From: a virus
Taxonomy: Duplodnaviria > Caudoviricetes
Strand: one strand, 5' to 3'
Length of the DNA: 64,000 nucleotides
IMG/VR virus record: IMGVR_UViG_3300028326_000328
Location: 1 to 64,000 of that record
Position 1 is the first letter of the stretch. The number at the start of each line of letters is the position of its first letter. Shown one piece after another: positions 6,959 through 16,075 of this stretch. The translations under genes were made by a program, and so were the position numbers. A model generated the notes under the pieces. It was not told where the DNA came from. It ran no database searches and was given only the letters and a program-made list of their open reading frames with translations.

Positions 6959-9319
6959 TTACAAGGGTTTTGGGTTGGAACAAGTCCGCCTGTACATGCG
7001 CTGCTTCCCGTAGAAGGGCAAACGCGTGAACAGTTTGGTGCGCTCCCAGCCGTTGACCTGCGTCATCAGAGCCGCTATCGCGTAGCTGTCGGCGGGCTTG
7101 AGCTCCGAAAGCTGCCGCCCAAAGCACTCGCACCAGATTTCGGCATTGCTGACGGCGTCGCGGCGGATGCTGCCTTTAGCTGATACCGGACTGTCACGCT
7201 CCGCGATGAAACTTCGGCGGTTATAGACGTCCATGGCGTCCCAGCCCTCCGGCAGCAGAGTTTCAAGGTACTCCTCCACCATACCCTGGCGCTCGTCGGC
7301 CTCCATCGCCTCGCGCTGCGCTTCCTCAGCAGCGGGAATCATATCGCCTTCGAGGTACAGCTTCTCGCCCGCTTCATAGATCGCCTTGGCCTCCGCCCAA
7401 ATCTGGTCACGCTCTTCCGGCGTGAAGCTCCACTTCTTGACCTGCTCTTCCTGATGAACCTTCACGATCCAGAACCGGCGGTTGCCTGTGACATCGCGCA
7501 GATACCCGCGCTCGCCGTTGACAGAGCCAATGATGATACATTGGCGGGGATGGCTCTCCACGGTCTTCCCGTAGCTGGGCCGGTACTTGTCGTCCGCTGT
7601 AGATATGAACGCTTTCACTTTCTCAATGTCGGCCTTCTTCATCCCGGCCAACTCACCGATTTCGACGATCCAGAAGCCCTGAAGCTTTTCCGCGCCGGAC
7701 TTGTCGTCCATGTCAGTGAGCGAGAGCGTTTCCGAGTAATACTCGTCGCCCACGAGATCCTTAAACAGCGTGCTCTTGCCGATCCCCTGCGCGCCGTCGA
7801 ACACGAGCACGCTGTCGAACTTGGTGCCTGGACGGTAGATGCGCGCGACCGCCGCCGCAAATGTCTTGCGAGTGACGGCGCGGACATAGGGTGTGTCGTC
7901 GGCTTGCAGGCAGCGTACGAGCAATGTCTCTATCCTGGGCTTATAATCCCATGACGGCAGACTGTTCAGGTAATCGCGAATTGGGTGGAAGCGTCGGTCG
8001 TCGGCCACCTTAGTGAAGCAAACGTCGTGGTTGCGAGTAGAGAATGGCAGGTACCGCATGTCGATGAGCGCCTTCATCTGTGCGGTGTCGGCGTCGCGCC
8101 AGTATCGGTTTTCAACCGGGCGCTCCCACGGCACTTCGCCCGTGACCTGTACCCGGTTGGCGAGCTCGTTGTAGCCGAAGTTTGCGAAGTCGGGATCGTG
8201 TGTCAGGATCAGCATCAGATTCCGAACGCTGTTTTCCAGCACCTTGCTTTTCGGCTGATACCTGAGAAGCGTGCGCCAATTCGCGTCATTCCCGAAATCC
8301 TCCTCCGCTTCCTTTCGCTTTTCCTCAAGGGCAAGCAGCTTCACCTTGTCCAGGCTCATTGCGAGTTCGCACATCTGCCTATAGGACTTTTTCTCATCCT
8401 CATCCGGAAATCTGTGGACGCGGACAATATCAAAGGCGTTGCAGAGCTTCAGGTATGCCGGGTCTTTTGCGTGATGGCTGTAGACAAATCTGCCGTTCTC
8501 CTTGACCTCGACGCCCGCCATGCTGCTTGACTCGATCAGGTGATACCGCTCGTCGCTGTCAGTGGGTTCGTAGACATCTGACAGAAGCTCGTCTATGGCG
8601 AGGTTGATGGGGTAAAAAACACGGTTGAAAAGCCCGATCACGCCCTCCTTGGCCAGCGGGTCTTGAACCTTCTGAAACGTAACGCTGTTTGCCCTGCTCT
8701 CCCGCGACGACGTAGGAAGCCTTGTTGGGTCTCTCCAGCCCGGATGCGCGTTCAAAATATCGTCGGGATTGAGCCAGTCCTTTTCGACCTCTATAAAGAC
8801 AAACTCACCATTGGCGGGCGTACTCGGCCAGTACATGAGCTGATTGGGCAGATAGGAGCACTCGTCGAAATTGTCGATGCCAAGTGTCTCGGCGACATAT
8901 CTCGATACCGCCACAAACTCCTCTGGCGTCACGTCTCTCGTGAGCGGGAAAACGACGCGTACTCTGGGATTGTCCGGCGCGTGGCTGTGCGTTGAGTACA
9001 GGACAGATGTGTATGGCGTGGCGCTCTCGTAGTTTTGTAGGAACGCCGCATCGATTCTGTCCCCGTCCAGCGCGATCATGGAGCGCGACGCCACCGTGTC
9101 GATCTTCCGTCTGCCGCCTTCCAGCATCCCTGCCACAAAGCCGCCGTGATCCTTTGCCGCATCTTTCTGTGCTTTGGAAAACTTCGCGTAATCCTCTGCG
9201 GACTCAGGTGTTCGGATGGGAACCTTTAAGCGTTCCTTCAGCGCGTCAAAGCTTGTGGTTTTATTCACCCACGTTTTCGCAAGCCGGTTGCTACCGTAGG
9301 CAATCGCAAGATTACGCAT
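6959..9319 (-). CDS. VapE (virulence-associated E) primase/helicase
   Basis: DGAQGIGKST Walker A; GNRRFW motif; N-terminal primase-like region. Confidence 0.88.
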   Translation of the reverse strand: MRNLAIAYGSNRLAKTWVNKTTSFDALKERLKVPIRTPESAEDYAKFSKAQKDAAKDHGGFVAGMLEGGRRKIDTVASRSMIALDGDRIDAAFLQNYESATPYTSVLYSTHSHAPDNPRVRVVFPLTRDVTPEEFVAVSRYVAETLGIDNFDECSYLPNQLMYWPSTPANGEFVFIEVEKDWLNPDDILNAHPGWRDPTRLPTSSRESRANSVTFQKVQDPLAKEGVIGLFNRVFYPINLAIDELLSDVYEPTDSDERYHLIESSSMAGVEVKENGRFVYSHHAKDPAYLKLCNAFDIVRVHRFPDEDEKKSYRQMCELAMSLDKVKLLALEEKRKEAEEDFGNDANWRTLLRYQPKSKVLENSVRNLMLILTHDPDFANFGYNELANRVQVTGEVPWERPVENRYWRDADTAQMKALIDMRYLPFSTRNHDVCFTKVADDRRFHPIRDYLNSLPSWDYKPRIETLLVRCLQADDTPYVRAVTRKTFAAAVARIYRPGTKFDSVLVFDGAQGIGKSTLFKDLVGDEYYSETLSLTDMDDKSGAEKLQGFWIVEIGELAGMKKADIEKVKAFISTADDKYRPSYGKTVESHPRQCIIIGSVNGERGYLRDVTGNRRFWIVKVHQEEQVKKWSFTPEERDQIWAEAKAIYEAGEKLYLEGDMIPAAEEAQREAMEADERQGMVEEYLETLLPEGWDAMDVYNRRSFIAERDSPVSAKGSIRRDAVSNAEIWCECFGRQLSELKPADSYAIAALMTQVNGWERTKLFTRLPFYGKQRMYRRTCSNPKPL

Positions 9320-9929
9320 AGACCCGCCCTCCTCGGAAGCGTGGAGTCTCGCCGTGCTCAAATCGTGCGCAACGAGCAAGTCGGTAAGCATGTTCGGTTT
9401 TGTGAGCATTCATCTCACAGAGGTAGCTGGAATCGTCGCCGAAAAGCTCAAATCCACCTTCATGGTTGATGCCGGGATGTGCCGCGAAGTAATCGCCGTC
9501 GATGGTTTTAAAGTTGAACTCGTTCGGCCAACCGTGGTGGTCGTCATAAGCCCTGTCCTCGATAAAGGCTGTGATGTCATCCATGCAATCGCCGCTCGGG
9601 ATCTGTCCGACTACCAGTATGGCGGGCGAGAATTTCCCATTTTGATCAACGTTTCTTGCGCCGATCTCCACGAAGCGATTGATCTTTTCCGCGTCGGCAT
9701 CGCTCATCGCGCCCTTTACCTCGACAAAAAGGTCGCCACGGTCTCTGCCAGCCACTCCGTGAAGCAGGAAATCAGGCAGATACATCAGCCCGCCCCCGAG
9801 GTCGTACCCTTCAGGTTCGTATTCGTATTTCACACCGCACACGTCGAAGAATACCGCCCATCGAGCTTCAAGCCTTGACCGGAACAGATAACCGTGATAC
9901 TGTGTTTGTATTGCCGTTAGGTTCTTCAA
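9312..9929 (-). CDS. PD-(D/E)XK-type nuclease-like protein
   Basis: FRSRLEARWA...YEPE...YLPDF...VEVKG. Confidence 0.7.
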   Translation of the reverse strand: MKNLTAIQTQYHGYLFRSRLEARWAVFFDVCGVKYEYEPEGYDLGGGLMYLPDFLLHGVAGRDRGDLFVEVKGAMSDADAEKINRFVEIGARNVDQNGKFSPAILVVGQIPSGDCMDDITAFIEDRAYDDHHGWPNEFNFKTIDGDYFAAHPGINHEGGFELFGDDSSYLCEMNAHKTEHAYRLARCARFEHGETPRFRGGRVYA

Positions 9930-10348
9930 TTCGTGACCTCCTCACATGCCTTGGTATAGTAGCGGATCCGCTGGCCCTTGCGCATAGCGCGCGCGATCTC
10001 AACGCCCATGCCCCTCGTAATCGCATCTCCGAACACCCAGAGTTCTGCGCATTTTGACAGAAGTACGATGTCCATGAACAGCGCCAGATCGCGCTCAGCC
10101 TCGTCATCGTCTTGCATGAACTGGGGGAACAGCAGATGCGGCGCGATGGGGATGTAGCCGCTATCAACCGCGAAGCGGCAGTAGCGCCGGGCGTTCAGGA
10201 TGTTGACGTCGGTGTCGCCGGAGTAGGGAGAGCACACGTAGACGATCGGTCGGAACCGGGCTTTTCGTAGTTCGGCTTCGATGTTGGAGAAGGCTGCAAA
10301 GACGGTCGGATCGGGGTATCCTTCGTGGTTATACTTGCTGATTGTCAT
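9926..10348 (-). CDS. DUF4406-like (nucleoside deoxyribosyltransferase-like) protein
   Basis: VYVCSPYSGD...APHLLFPQF...GM..EI. Confidence 0.75.
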   Translation of the reverse strand: MTISKYNHEGYPDPTVFAAFSNIEAELRKARFRPIVYVCSPYSGDTDVNILNARRYCRFAVDSGYIPIAPHLLFPQFMQDDDEAERDLALFMDIVLLSKCAELWVFGDAITRGMGVEIARAMRKGQRIRYYTKACEEVTN

Positions 10349-10556
10349 GCCGCGTCGCACCCTTCCAGTGTTTGTAGCTGCATCTCGAACAGCAGATGCC
10401 GGTGCCGTACAGATCGAAGTGTTCATCGGATGCGAGTTCCGCGAGATCGACCTGCAGTTCGCTACCGCAGTCCGGGCAACGGGTGAACACGTTTTCGTCT
10501 GTGATCTCCGTTGTCACCTGAGTTTCCTCGCTGAGTTGTGCCTTGACGTAAAACAT
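10329..10556 (-). CDS. Small zinc-ribbon hypothetical protein
   Basis: CPDCG...CCSRC; AGGAGG RBS. Confidence 0.65.
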   Translation of the reverse strand: MFYVKAQLSEETQVTTEITDENVFTRCPDCGSELQVDLAELASDEHFDLYGTGICCSRCSYKHWKGATRHDNQQV

Positions 10557-10636
10557 AAAAGCCTCCTGCCGCAAGTAGTAGGGCAACGCCCTCTACCTAC
10601 CTGCTGACAAGAGGAGTTGATTTGTGGACAGCCGCG

Positions 10637-12580
10637 CTACTCTTTTTTGTAAAATAGGGTTTCAAATCCGTCCGCGCGAAGAATCAGGTCTTTCGCCCAA
10701 GGCGGCGTGCGTACCATCTGTTCACACACGGTTTGCAGGGACATCCGCTGGTCGGCTTCGATAATGATTTCGTCATGCACGTGCGCCACGATGTTGCAGC
10801 AGCGCAGCGTCTTCATGGCGTAACACAGGATGTCCCGGCTGATGGCCTGCACTATGTTCTCCACAAATTTTGGACCGTAGCTTTCGAGGCGCTCCCACTT
10901 CTTCGTGCCACCGATGCCTTCATACGTGACCGATTCGCCCCCAAATCTGTTCTCGCCGATCCGGGGCTTCACGTAAGCAAGCTGTCTGCCCGATGGCAAC
11001 TGGATAAACAGGAATCCGCTTTCATACACGAAACGGATACCGTGTGTTTCTGTGGTGACTCTTTCGGATACTGTCTCCTTGACAGCTGCGTCAATGTCCC
11101 ACCAGAGCTTCACAATGTTAGGATTGGCAGCCCGCCATGCGTCCACCAGTAGCTTGAGCTCCTCTTCTTGAAGCCCCATTTCCAGCGCACCCATCGCCTT
11201 CAGCGCCCCCACGGAGCCACCATAGCCGAGTGCCAATTCTGCGATCTTCCCCTTCTGGCGGAGATGACCGTTGATCCCGTGCTTCTCCACGGGAACTCTG
11301 AACATCTGAGATGCGCTGGCACAATAGATGTCGCCGCCATTTTCAAAAACGTCAAGCCGCCATTGTTCCCCGGCCAGCCAGGCAATCACGCGGGCTTCGA
11401 TGGCGGCGAAGTCGGAAACGATGAACTTTCCACCCTCATAGGGTACGAACGCCGTGCGAATGAGCTCGGAAAGCACATCGGGAACGGAATCATAGAGCAT
11501 GTGTAGCGTTTTGTAATCCCCGCCTCGCACAAGCGCTCGGGCTTGCTCCAGATCGACCATGTGGTTCTGGGGCAAATTCTGCAATTGAATTAGCCTGCCG
11601 GAAAATCGGCCTGTTCGATTCGCGCCATAGAACATGAACATGCCATGCGCCCGGCCGTCACTGCAGACGCAGTTGCGCATTGCCTGATACTTTTTGACCG
11701 ATGCCTTCGCCAGCTGCTGCCGCAGGAGCAGCACATCCGCAAGGCCGTCGGGCGCATCCTTGCGCGCCGCCGCAAGCTCCTTTTTGCCGAGGGATTCCAT
11801 TTCCAGACCGTTCTCAGCCAGCCACGCTTTCATCTGCGCAACGGAATTAGGGTTGTCAAGCGCGGTCACTTCCTGCATCTTAGCGCTGAGTTCTTCGCGG
11901 GAGCGCTCGTCCATGCGAATGGCGTTTTCGACAAGCGTCATATCCAGCCTGATGCCCCGGTCGTTGATTTCCTGATCCAGATGATATTCGTCCCAGACGA
12001 AATCGGGCACGGGGAAACGGGAGAGCACCTTTTGTATAGACATTTCGGTCTCCACGTCGCGAAGATTGTACGACTTGAACAGCGCCCACTTATCCGGTGC
12101 GTCGGCAGCACGGTTGCGCGTACGACCACCGTTCGCCTTCGCCGGCGCGCAGGGCTGGCAGAAATACTTGATGAGGTCCTTGCCGGTTTCCAGCTTCTGT
12201 TTTTCCAGCTTCAGCACCGCGCCCACGCCTGTCAGCGAAAGCGGCAAGCCCAGATAAGCTGACCACACCATGGAGCAGCGCCACTGCTGAGGTTCGAGGT
12301 ATTCACCCGAAGACAGACCGAGATAGCGTGACAGGCAAACGCGTTCAAAACTTGCATTGAAGGCCCACTTGGTTACGGAGGGGTCGGTCAGCGCATGACG
12401 TATCTCAACAGGCAGCTGCTCTCCATTAGCCAGATCAACCACCTTCACAGGGCCGCCGTCTATGCTGTAGCCGAAGAGCAGCACCTCAAAATCATCCGCC
12501 TCACAATAACGGTAAACGCCCGTCTTGCTGAGGTCTGCACTGCTAAAGGACTCTAGATCGACACTTAAGTTTTTCATCAT
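10637..12580 (-). CDS. Phage family A DNA polymerase
   Basis: N-terminal exonuclease DLES; SDFAAIEARV, KIAELALGYG, HVHDE motifs. Confidence 0.93.
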   Translation of the reverse strand: MMKNLSVDLESFSSADLSKTGVYRYCEADDFEVLLFGYSIDGGPVKVVDLANGEQLPVEIRHALTDPSVTKWAFNASFERVCLSRYLGLSSGEYLEPQQWRCSMVWSAYLGLPLSLTGVGAVLKLEKQKLETGKDLIKYFCQPCAPAKANGGRTRNRAADAPDKWALFKSYNLRDVETEMSIQKVLSRFPVPDFVWDEYHLDQEINDRGIRLDMTLVENAIRMDERSREELSAKMQEVTALDNPNSVAQMKAWLAENGLEMESLGKKELAAARKDAPDGLADVLLLRQQLAKASVKKYQAMRNCVCSDGRAHGMFMFYGANRTGRFSGRLIQLQNLPQNHMVDLEQARALVRGGDYKTLHMLYDSVPDVLSELIRTAFVPYEGGKFIVSDFAAIEARVIAWLAGEQWRLDVFENGGDIYCASASQMFRVPVEKHGINGHLRQKGKIAELALGYGGSVGALKAMGALEMGLQEEELKLLVDAWRAANPNIVKLWWDIDAAVKETVSERVTTETHGIRFVYESGFLFIQLPSGRQLAYVKPRIGENRFGGESVTYEGIGGTKKWERLESYGPKFVENIVQAISRDILCYAMKTLRCCNIVAHVHDEIIIEADQRMSLQTVCEQMVRTPPWAKDLILRADGFETLFYKKE

Positions 12581-12634
12581 CGCACCTCAATGGCAATTGG
12601 GCGGCAGATTGCTCCGCCGCCCTTTCCTTTCAGT

Positions 12635-13180
12635 TTATGCCAGGAAATCGTCGTCATCCAGCGTGTCGAACTCGGAAGAAGCGTTGGTACGCCCGCCGAG
12701 CGGCTCGCCGTCGCGCACCTTTTGGATGTTGCCCAAGCCGCAGGCCACGCCGCGATTCCCATTGGTGTTGAACGCATAGAAGCTGAGAGAGACGTGAGCG
12801 TACACACCAGAGTAGACTTCGCTGCGGTCGAGGATGGGGCGCACATGCTTGTCCACGATCTGCGGTGCGGTCTTGCTGTTGGCGTTGATGAAGAAACACC
12901 CCTTGTAGTCATCATCGTCGCGTTCGGTATCGCCATCACGAAGCGGCAGTTTGAGAGCGCCCTTCGGGGGGATCTTCCCGCCAAACTTGCCGACGCCTTC
13001 CTTGATGGCGCAGTCGATGGCGTCGTTGATCGCATTGACTGTCTCCGTATCGGTCTTGGGGATAATGATGGAACAACTGTACTTGGGGTCCCCGCCGTTG
13101 ATGGATTTGGGCTCCCACACGCTGGCGTAAGAAAGGCGGACGAGACCGGTGATCACCTTGGTATTGTTCTGCTTAGCCAT
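12635..13180 (-). CDS. DUF2815 family ssDNA-binding protein
   Basis: VRLSY..VWEPKS, EVYSG, acidic C-terminal tail. Confidence 0.88.
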   Translation of the reverse strand: MAKQNNTKVITGLVRLSYASVWEPKSINGGDPKYSCSIIIPKTDTETVNAINDAIDCAIKEGVGKFGGKIPPKGALKLPLRDGDTERDDDDYKGCFFINANSKTAPQIVDKHVRPILDRSEVYSGVYAHVSLSFYAFNTNGNRGVACGLGNIQKVRDGEPLGGRTNASSEFDTLDDDDFLA

Positions 13181-13182
13181 GA

Positions 13183-14322
13183 TTAAATATCCTCCTGTAT
13201 TTCATTGAAATCTGTGTTGGCGCTGGCGATGGGCGGGCGCTTGTCCGACATGGGCACCAACGTGGGTTTGCCTGCGGGTTTATGGACCAGCCCGCCCAGA
13301 ATGGTTTGGAAGTTCTGCTTGCCCATGAGCTTTTCCATTTCAGTCAGCGGGAGCAGCGTCTTCCGGAAGATGTCGTGATATCCTACGTCATTGGATGCGG
13401 TGATCACGGCCTGCTCATCGGTATACTTGCGATTGGAGCGGCCTTCGACCACTTTCCAATTTTTCCACTGCTTGCCGTGGTTGAGGGCGGCGTCCTGTGC
13501 GTATTCCATGATCTCGTTGGCCCAACTGGTGAGATCAGAGAGCTTGTCCAGAATCTCTTCGATCTCCGAATCCAAGAGCAGCGGCGGGAGGGCGAACTCA
13601 TACTGCGCCAGCCGAAGCTTCTCTTCGGCCCGTGCGCGGCACTTGACTGCTGCCCGGCAGAAGGTACACCACGGGCCGGGATGATAGTCACCTTTGCCCT
13701 CGTAAGCCAAGGCCGCTTTGGGCTTAAGCTCGTCCTCCGCCCACACCTTGAGCTCAGTCACAGGAATCGTCCATGTGCTGATGTTCTCACGCCGGGGTTG
13801 GTAGATGGTCATGGCCACTTCATCGATGTCGTACAGGCTGTCGTAGACATGGAGAGCGCCCAGCGCGTAGAGCATCATCTGCGGGTTGTGATCCGCTTCG
13901 ACCAGCACGCCCTGCCCGTACTTGAAATCGATGATGTGCAGCGTCTTGTCGGAGATGATGACGCAGTCGCCGGTTCCGAAACCATCGGGAACGTAACAGG
14001 AGAAGTCCAGCCGCTGTTCGATGTTGATGATTGGGTCAGCGCAAACTTGCCGGGCTTCGGCGATGGTTTCCAGTACGAACTGCACATACCCATCGGCATA
14101 GCTGTCCATCTCATCACAGTCGTACTGGGAGATGGGCTTTCGGGACTGCTGCTTGAGCGCCCTCCGGAGCTTGTGCTCACACAGCGCGTGGGCGGCGGTG
14201 CCCTCGGCAGCAGCTTCCGTTTCCCGGTCAGCGAACTCCTGCTCCAGCCGGGCCGACGGGTTACAGTTCATCCAGCGGTGTGAAGACGATGCTGACAAGA
14301 TCGCATGTTTTGAAGGGGGCAT
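13183..14322 (-). CDS. DUF2800 family (Cas4-like PD-(D/E)XK) exonuclease
   Basis: HAILSASSSHRW, FGTGD...IIDFKYG, CTFC. Confidence 0.88.
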   Translation of the reverse strand: MPPSKHAILSASSSHRWMNCNPSARLEQEFADRETEAAAEGTAAHALCEHKLRRALKQQSRKPISQYDCDEMDSYADGYVQFVLETIAEARQVCADPIINIEQRLDFSCYVPDGFGTGDCVIISDKTLHIIDFKYGQGVLVEADHNPQMMLYALGALHVYDSLYDIDEVAMTIYQPRRENISTWTIPVTELKVWAEDELKPKAALAYEGKGDYHPGPWCTFCRAAVKCRARAEEKLRLAQYEFALPPLLLDSEIEEILDKLSDLTSWANEIMEYAQDAALNHGKQWKNWKVVEGRSNRKYTDEQAVITASNDVGYHDIFRKTLLPLTEMEKLMGKQNFQTILGGLVHKPAGKPTLVPMSDKRPPIASANTDFNEIQEDI

Positions 14323-14639
14323 CAGAGCACCTCCGCTTCACGCAACAGGTCGGCATACCTTGCCGGATCGACCTGACTCAGCCTATCCGCGCCGTACTTG
14401 CGGATCAGAGCCTGTACCTGGGCGGTGTGACCTTCCACAGACTTTTGAGCCAACACCGGGCGCACGTCTTCAAGAGTCAGCATCTTGGCGGCGGGTACAT
14501 TTTTTGTGGCAGCACTATCTGTCTGCTGCTCATCTGAACCGCTGAACAGATCCCGTAGCGTTTCAGATACGCGGGAAAGGGCTTCGCCGCACCTGCGCAG
14601 TTCGGCAACCGCAGCATCCAGTTCTGCCATCTTGCTCAT
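14322..14639 (-). CDS. Conserved phage replication-module protein
   Basis: Coupled to DUF2800; C-terminus LI.KYGA..LS.VDP..Y..LL. Confidence 0.7.
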   Translation of the reverse strand: MSKMAELDAAVAELRRCGEALSRVSETLRDLFSGSDEQQTDSAATKNVPAAKMLTLEDVRPVLAQKSVEGHTAQVQALIRKYGADRLSQVDPARYADLLREAEVL

Positions 14640-14775
14640 TGTCATGTCCTCCTTCGCCTCGTTTTTCCAGCCTTGCCAGATTGAGCGCCAGTCGCTTCGA
14701 GACAATGCTGATCGCCATCAGGAGACCGGCGACTTCTTCGCAACTGGCTGTTTCGTGTTCACGGTATTCCGCCAT
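14563..14775 (-). CDS. Small hypothetical protein
   Basis: GGAGGTGA RBS before ATG 14775. Confidence 0.5.
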   Translation of the reverse strand: MAEYREHETASCEEVAGLLMAISIVSKRLALNLARLEKRGEGGHDNEQDGRTGCCGCRTAQVRRSPFPRI

Positions 14776-14860
14776 CCATCTCACCTCCATCCGGGGGCTT
14801 GCTGCCCTCACACTTTCTTGCTGACAGATGGAGGGGAGATGTGGACAGGCGGAGAAAATG

Positions 14861-15553
14861 TTATTTGGGATCAAGCCGCTGGGCTTCTGCTTTCAAGCGT
14901 TCGATGATGCGATTGGCTTTTTTGCCCGCGTACCGGAAATCGGAGATGCCGCACTCATCGGCCAATTTCCGAAGCGTCATGCCGTCCTGAAAGCGGCGCA
15001 GGATAAAGGCGCGGTCATCCTCGGACAACGAGGTCAATGCAGCGGCGATGAGGTCGCGAGTGGCGGTTTCTTCCATATCACGTTCAATGTTCGTATCGGC
15101 GGGAAGCAGATCGCCAAACTCAGTGCCATCCTCGCCAACGGATTGGTTGAGCGAGACGGTGCGATGAATGTGATCACGAGAGCAGGTTTCGCAGCCTAGG
15201 CAACCGTAGTCGTCTCGGGTCCGCCAGCCATCACATTTTGCAGTGTTCTTGTATACGCATTGGCGGCCGCGGAGGCGGCGCTGGTCTTCAGCATCTTTCT
15301 CTCGCTTGAGTCGGATGGCGAACTCCGCCATATGTCCAGAAAGCGGGAAGAAATATGCGTACCCGCCATCAGCGTCGATGTAGGTCTGTTTGACAGGCTC
15401 ATCCACACTGTGCATCAAGGAGAAATACTCCGCGCGGGTAATCAGGGTGTAGCTGTCATCGTCGCCGATACGAATGTAGTGCATCGGCTGATGGTCGTAG
15501 GCTTGCTTCGGAAGGTGCGGATAGGACTTGCGATGATTGTTGAATTGGCTCAT
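14861..15553 (-). CDS. Sigma-70 region 4-like transcription factor
   Basis: C-terminal HTH LSEDDRAFILRRF.DGMTLRKLA. Confidence 0.72.
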   Translation of the reverse strand: MSQFNNHRKSYPHLPKQAYDHQPMHYIRIGDDDSYTLITRAEYFSLMHSVDEPVKQTYIDADGGYAYFFPLSGHMAEFAIRLKREKDAEDQRRLRGRQCVYKNTAKCDGWRTRDDYGCLGCETCSRDHIHRTVSLNQSVGEDGTEFGDLLPADTNIERDMEETATRDLIAAALTSLSEDDRAFILRRFQDGMTLRKLADECGISDFRYAGKKANRIIERLKAEAQRLDPK

Positions 15554-15924
15554 GTTTGGCTCCTTTTCGTTTTCAGATCGTGTTGTTCTGAAAGCGCGAA
15601 GGAGGCAAAAATGAAGCTCCCTCAACGCTTTGCTGCATTTGAGGGAGCCATCCAAGGCATTTTGAGCGCACCTTAACAAGGTCAGCCGCAAAATGAAGGA
15701 GGATCCCTCATCGGCTGCACCTGCGCCTTCCCAAGCGTGGTGCGGGTCTTCCAGCATGATCGGGAACTTCAGACCGGGAGCGGCCCGGCAGGATCAAGCT
15801 GTACGTGGTAATGTCCGCTTTCTTTGTATCCCGCCGCCTGATGGTCATCTCTGCGTTGAGATATCGTAGAAAGCGTCATCTCTGCTATCCACGAAGAGTT
15901 TATCTTGATATATGAGGGCTGTGT

Positions 15925-16065
15925 TGGACACGCCTCGTCCACATAGCACGAGACCAAAAGCGCAAAAAAGCCCGGTAAAAACTCCACGAGTGAAGTCTCT
16001 ACCGGGCTTTCAGAATGGAAATGCGAATTTATGGCAAAAAAAGGTGGACGTGCCTCGTCCACCTT
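15925..16065. promoter_or_regulatory. Pair of palindromic operator-like sites (TGGAC-N7-GTCCA)
   Basis: 15925-15941 TGGACACGCCTCGTCCA and 16041-16065 AAGGTGGAC-GTGCCTC-GTCCACCTT, between the ImmA/HTH gene and the lytic operon. Confidence 0.55.
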
Positions 16066-16075
16066 CTCGAAAATT

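Noticed and set aside
15769-16062. 97-aa ORF in the immunity intergenic region
   Set aside because: No clear RBS or family motif, and it overlaps operator-like palindromes.
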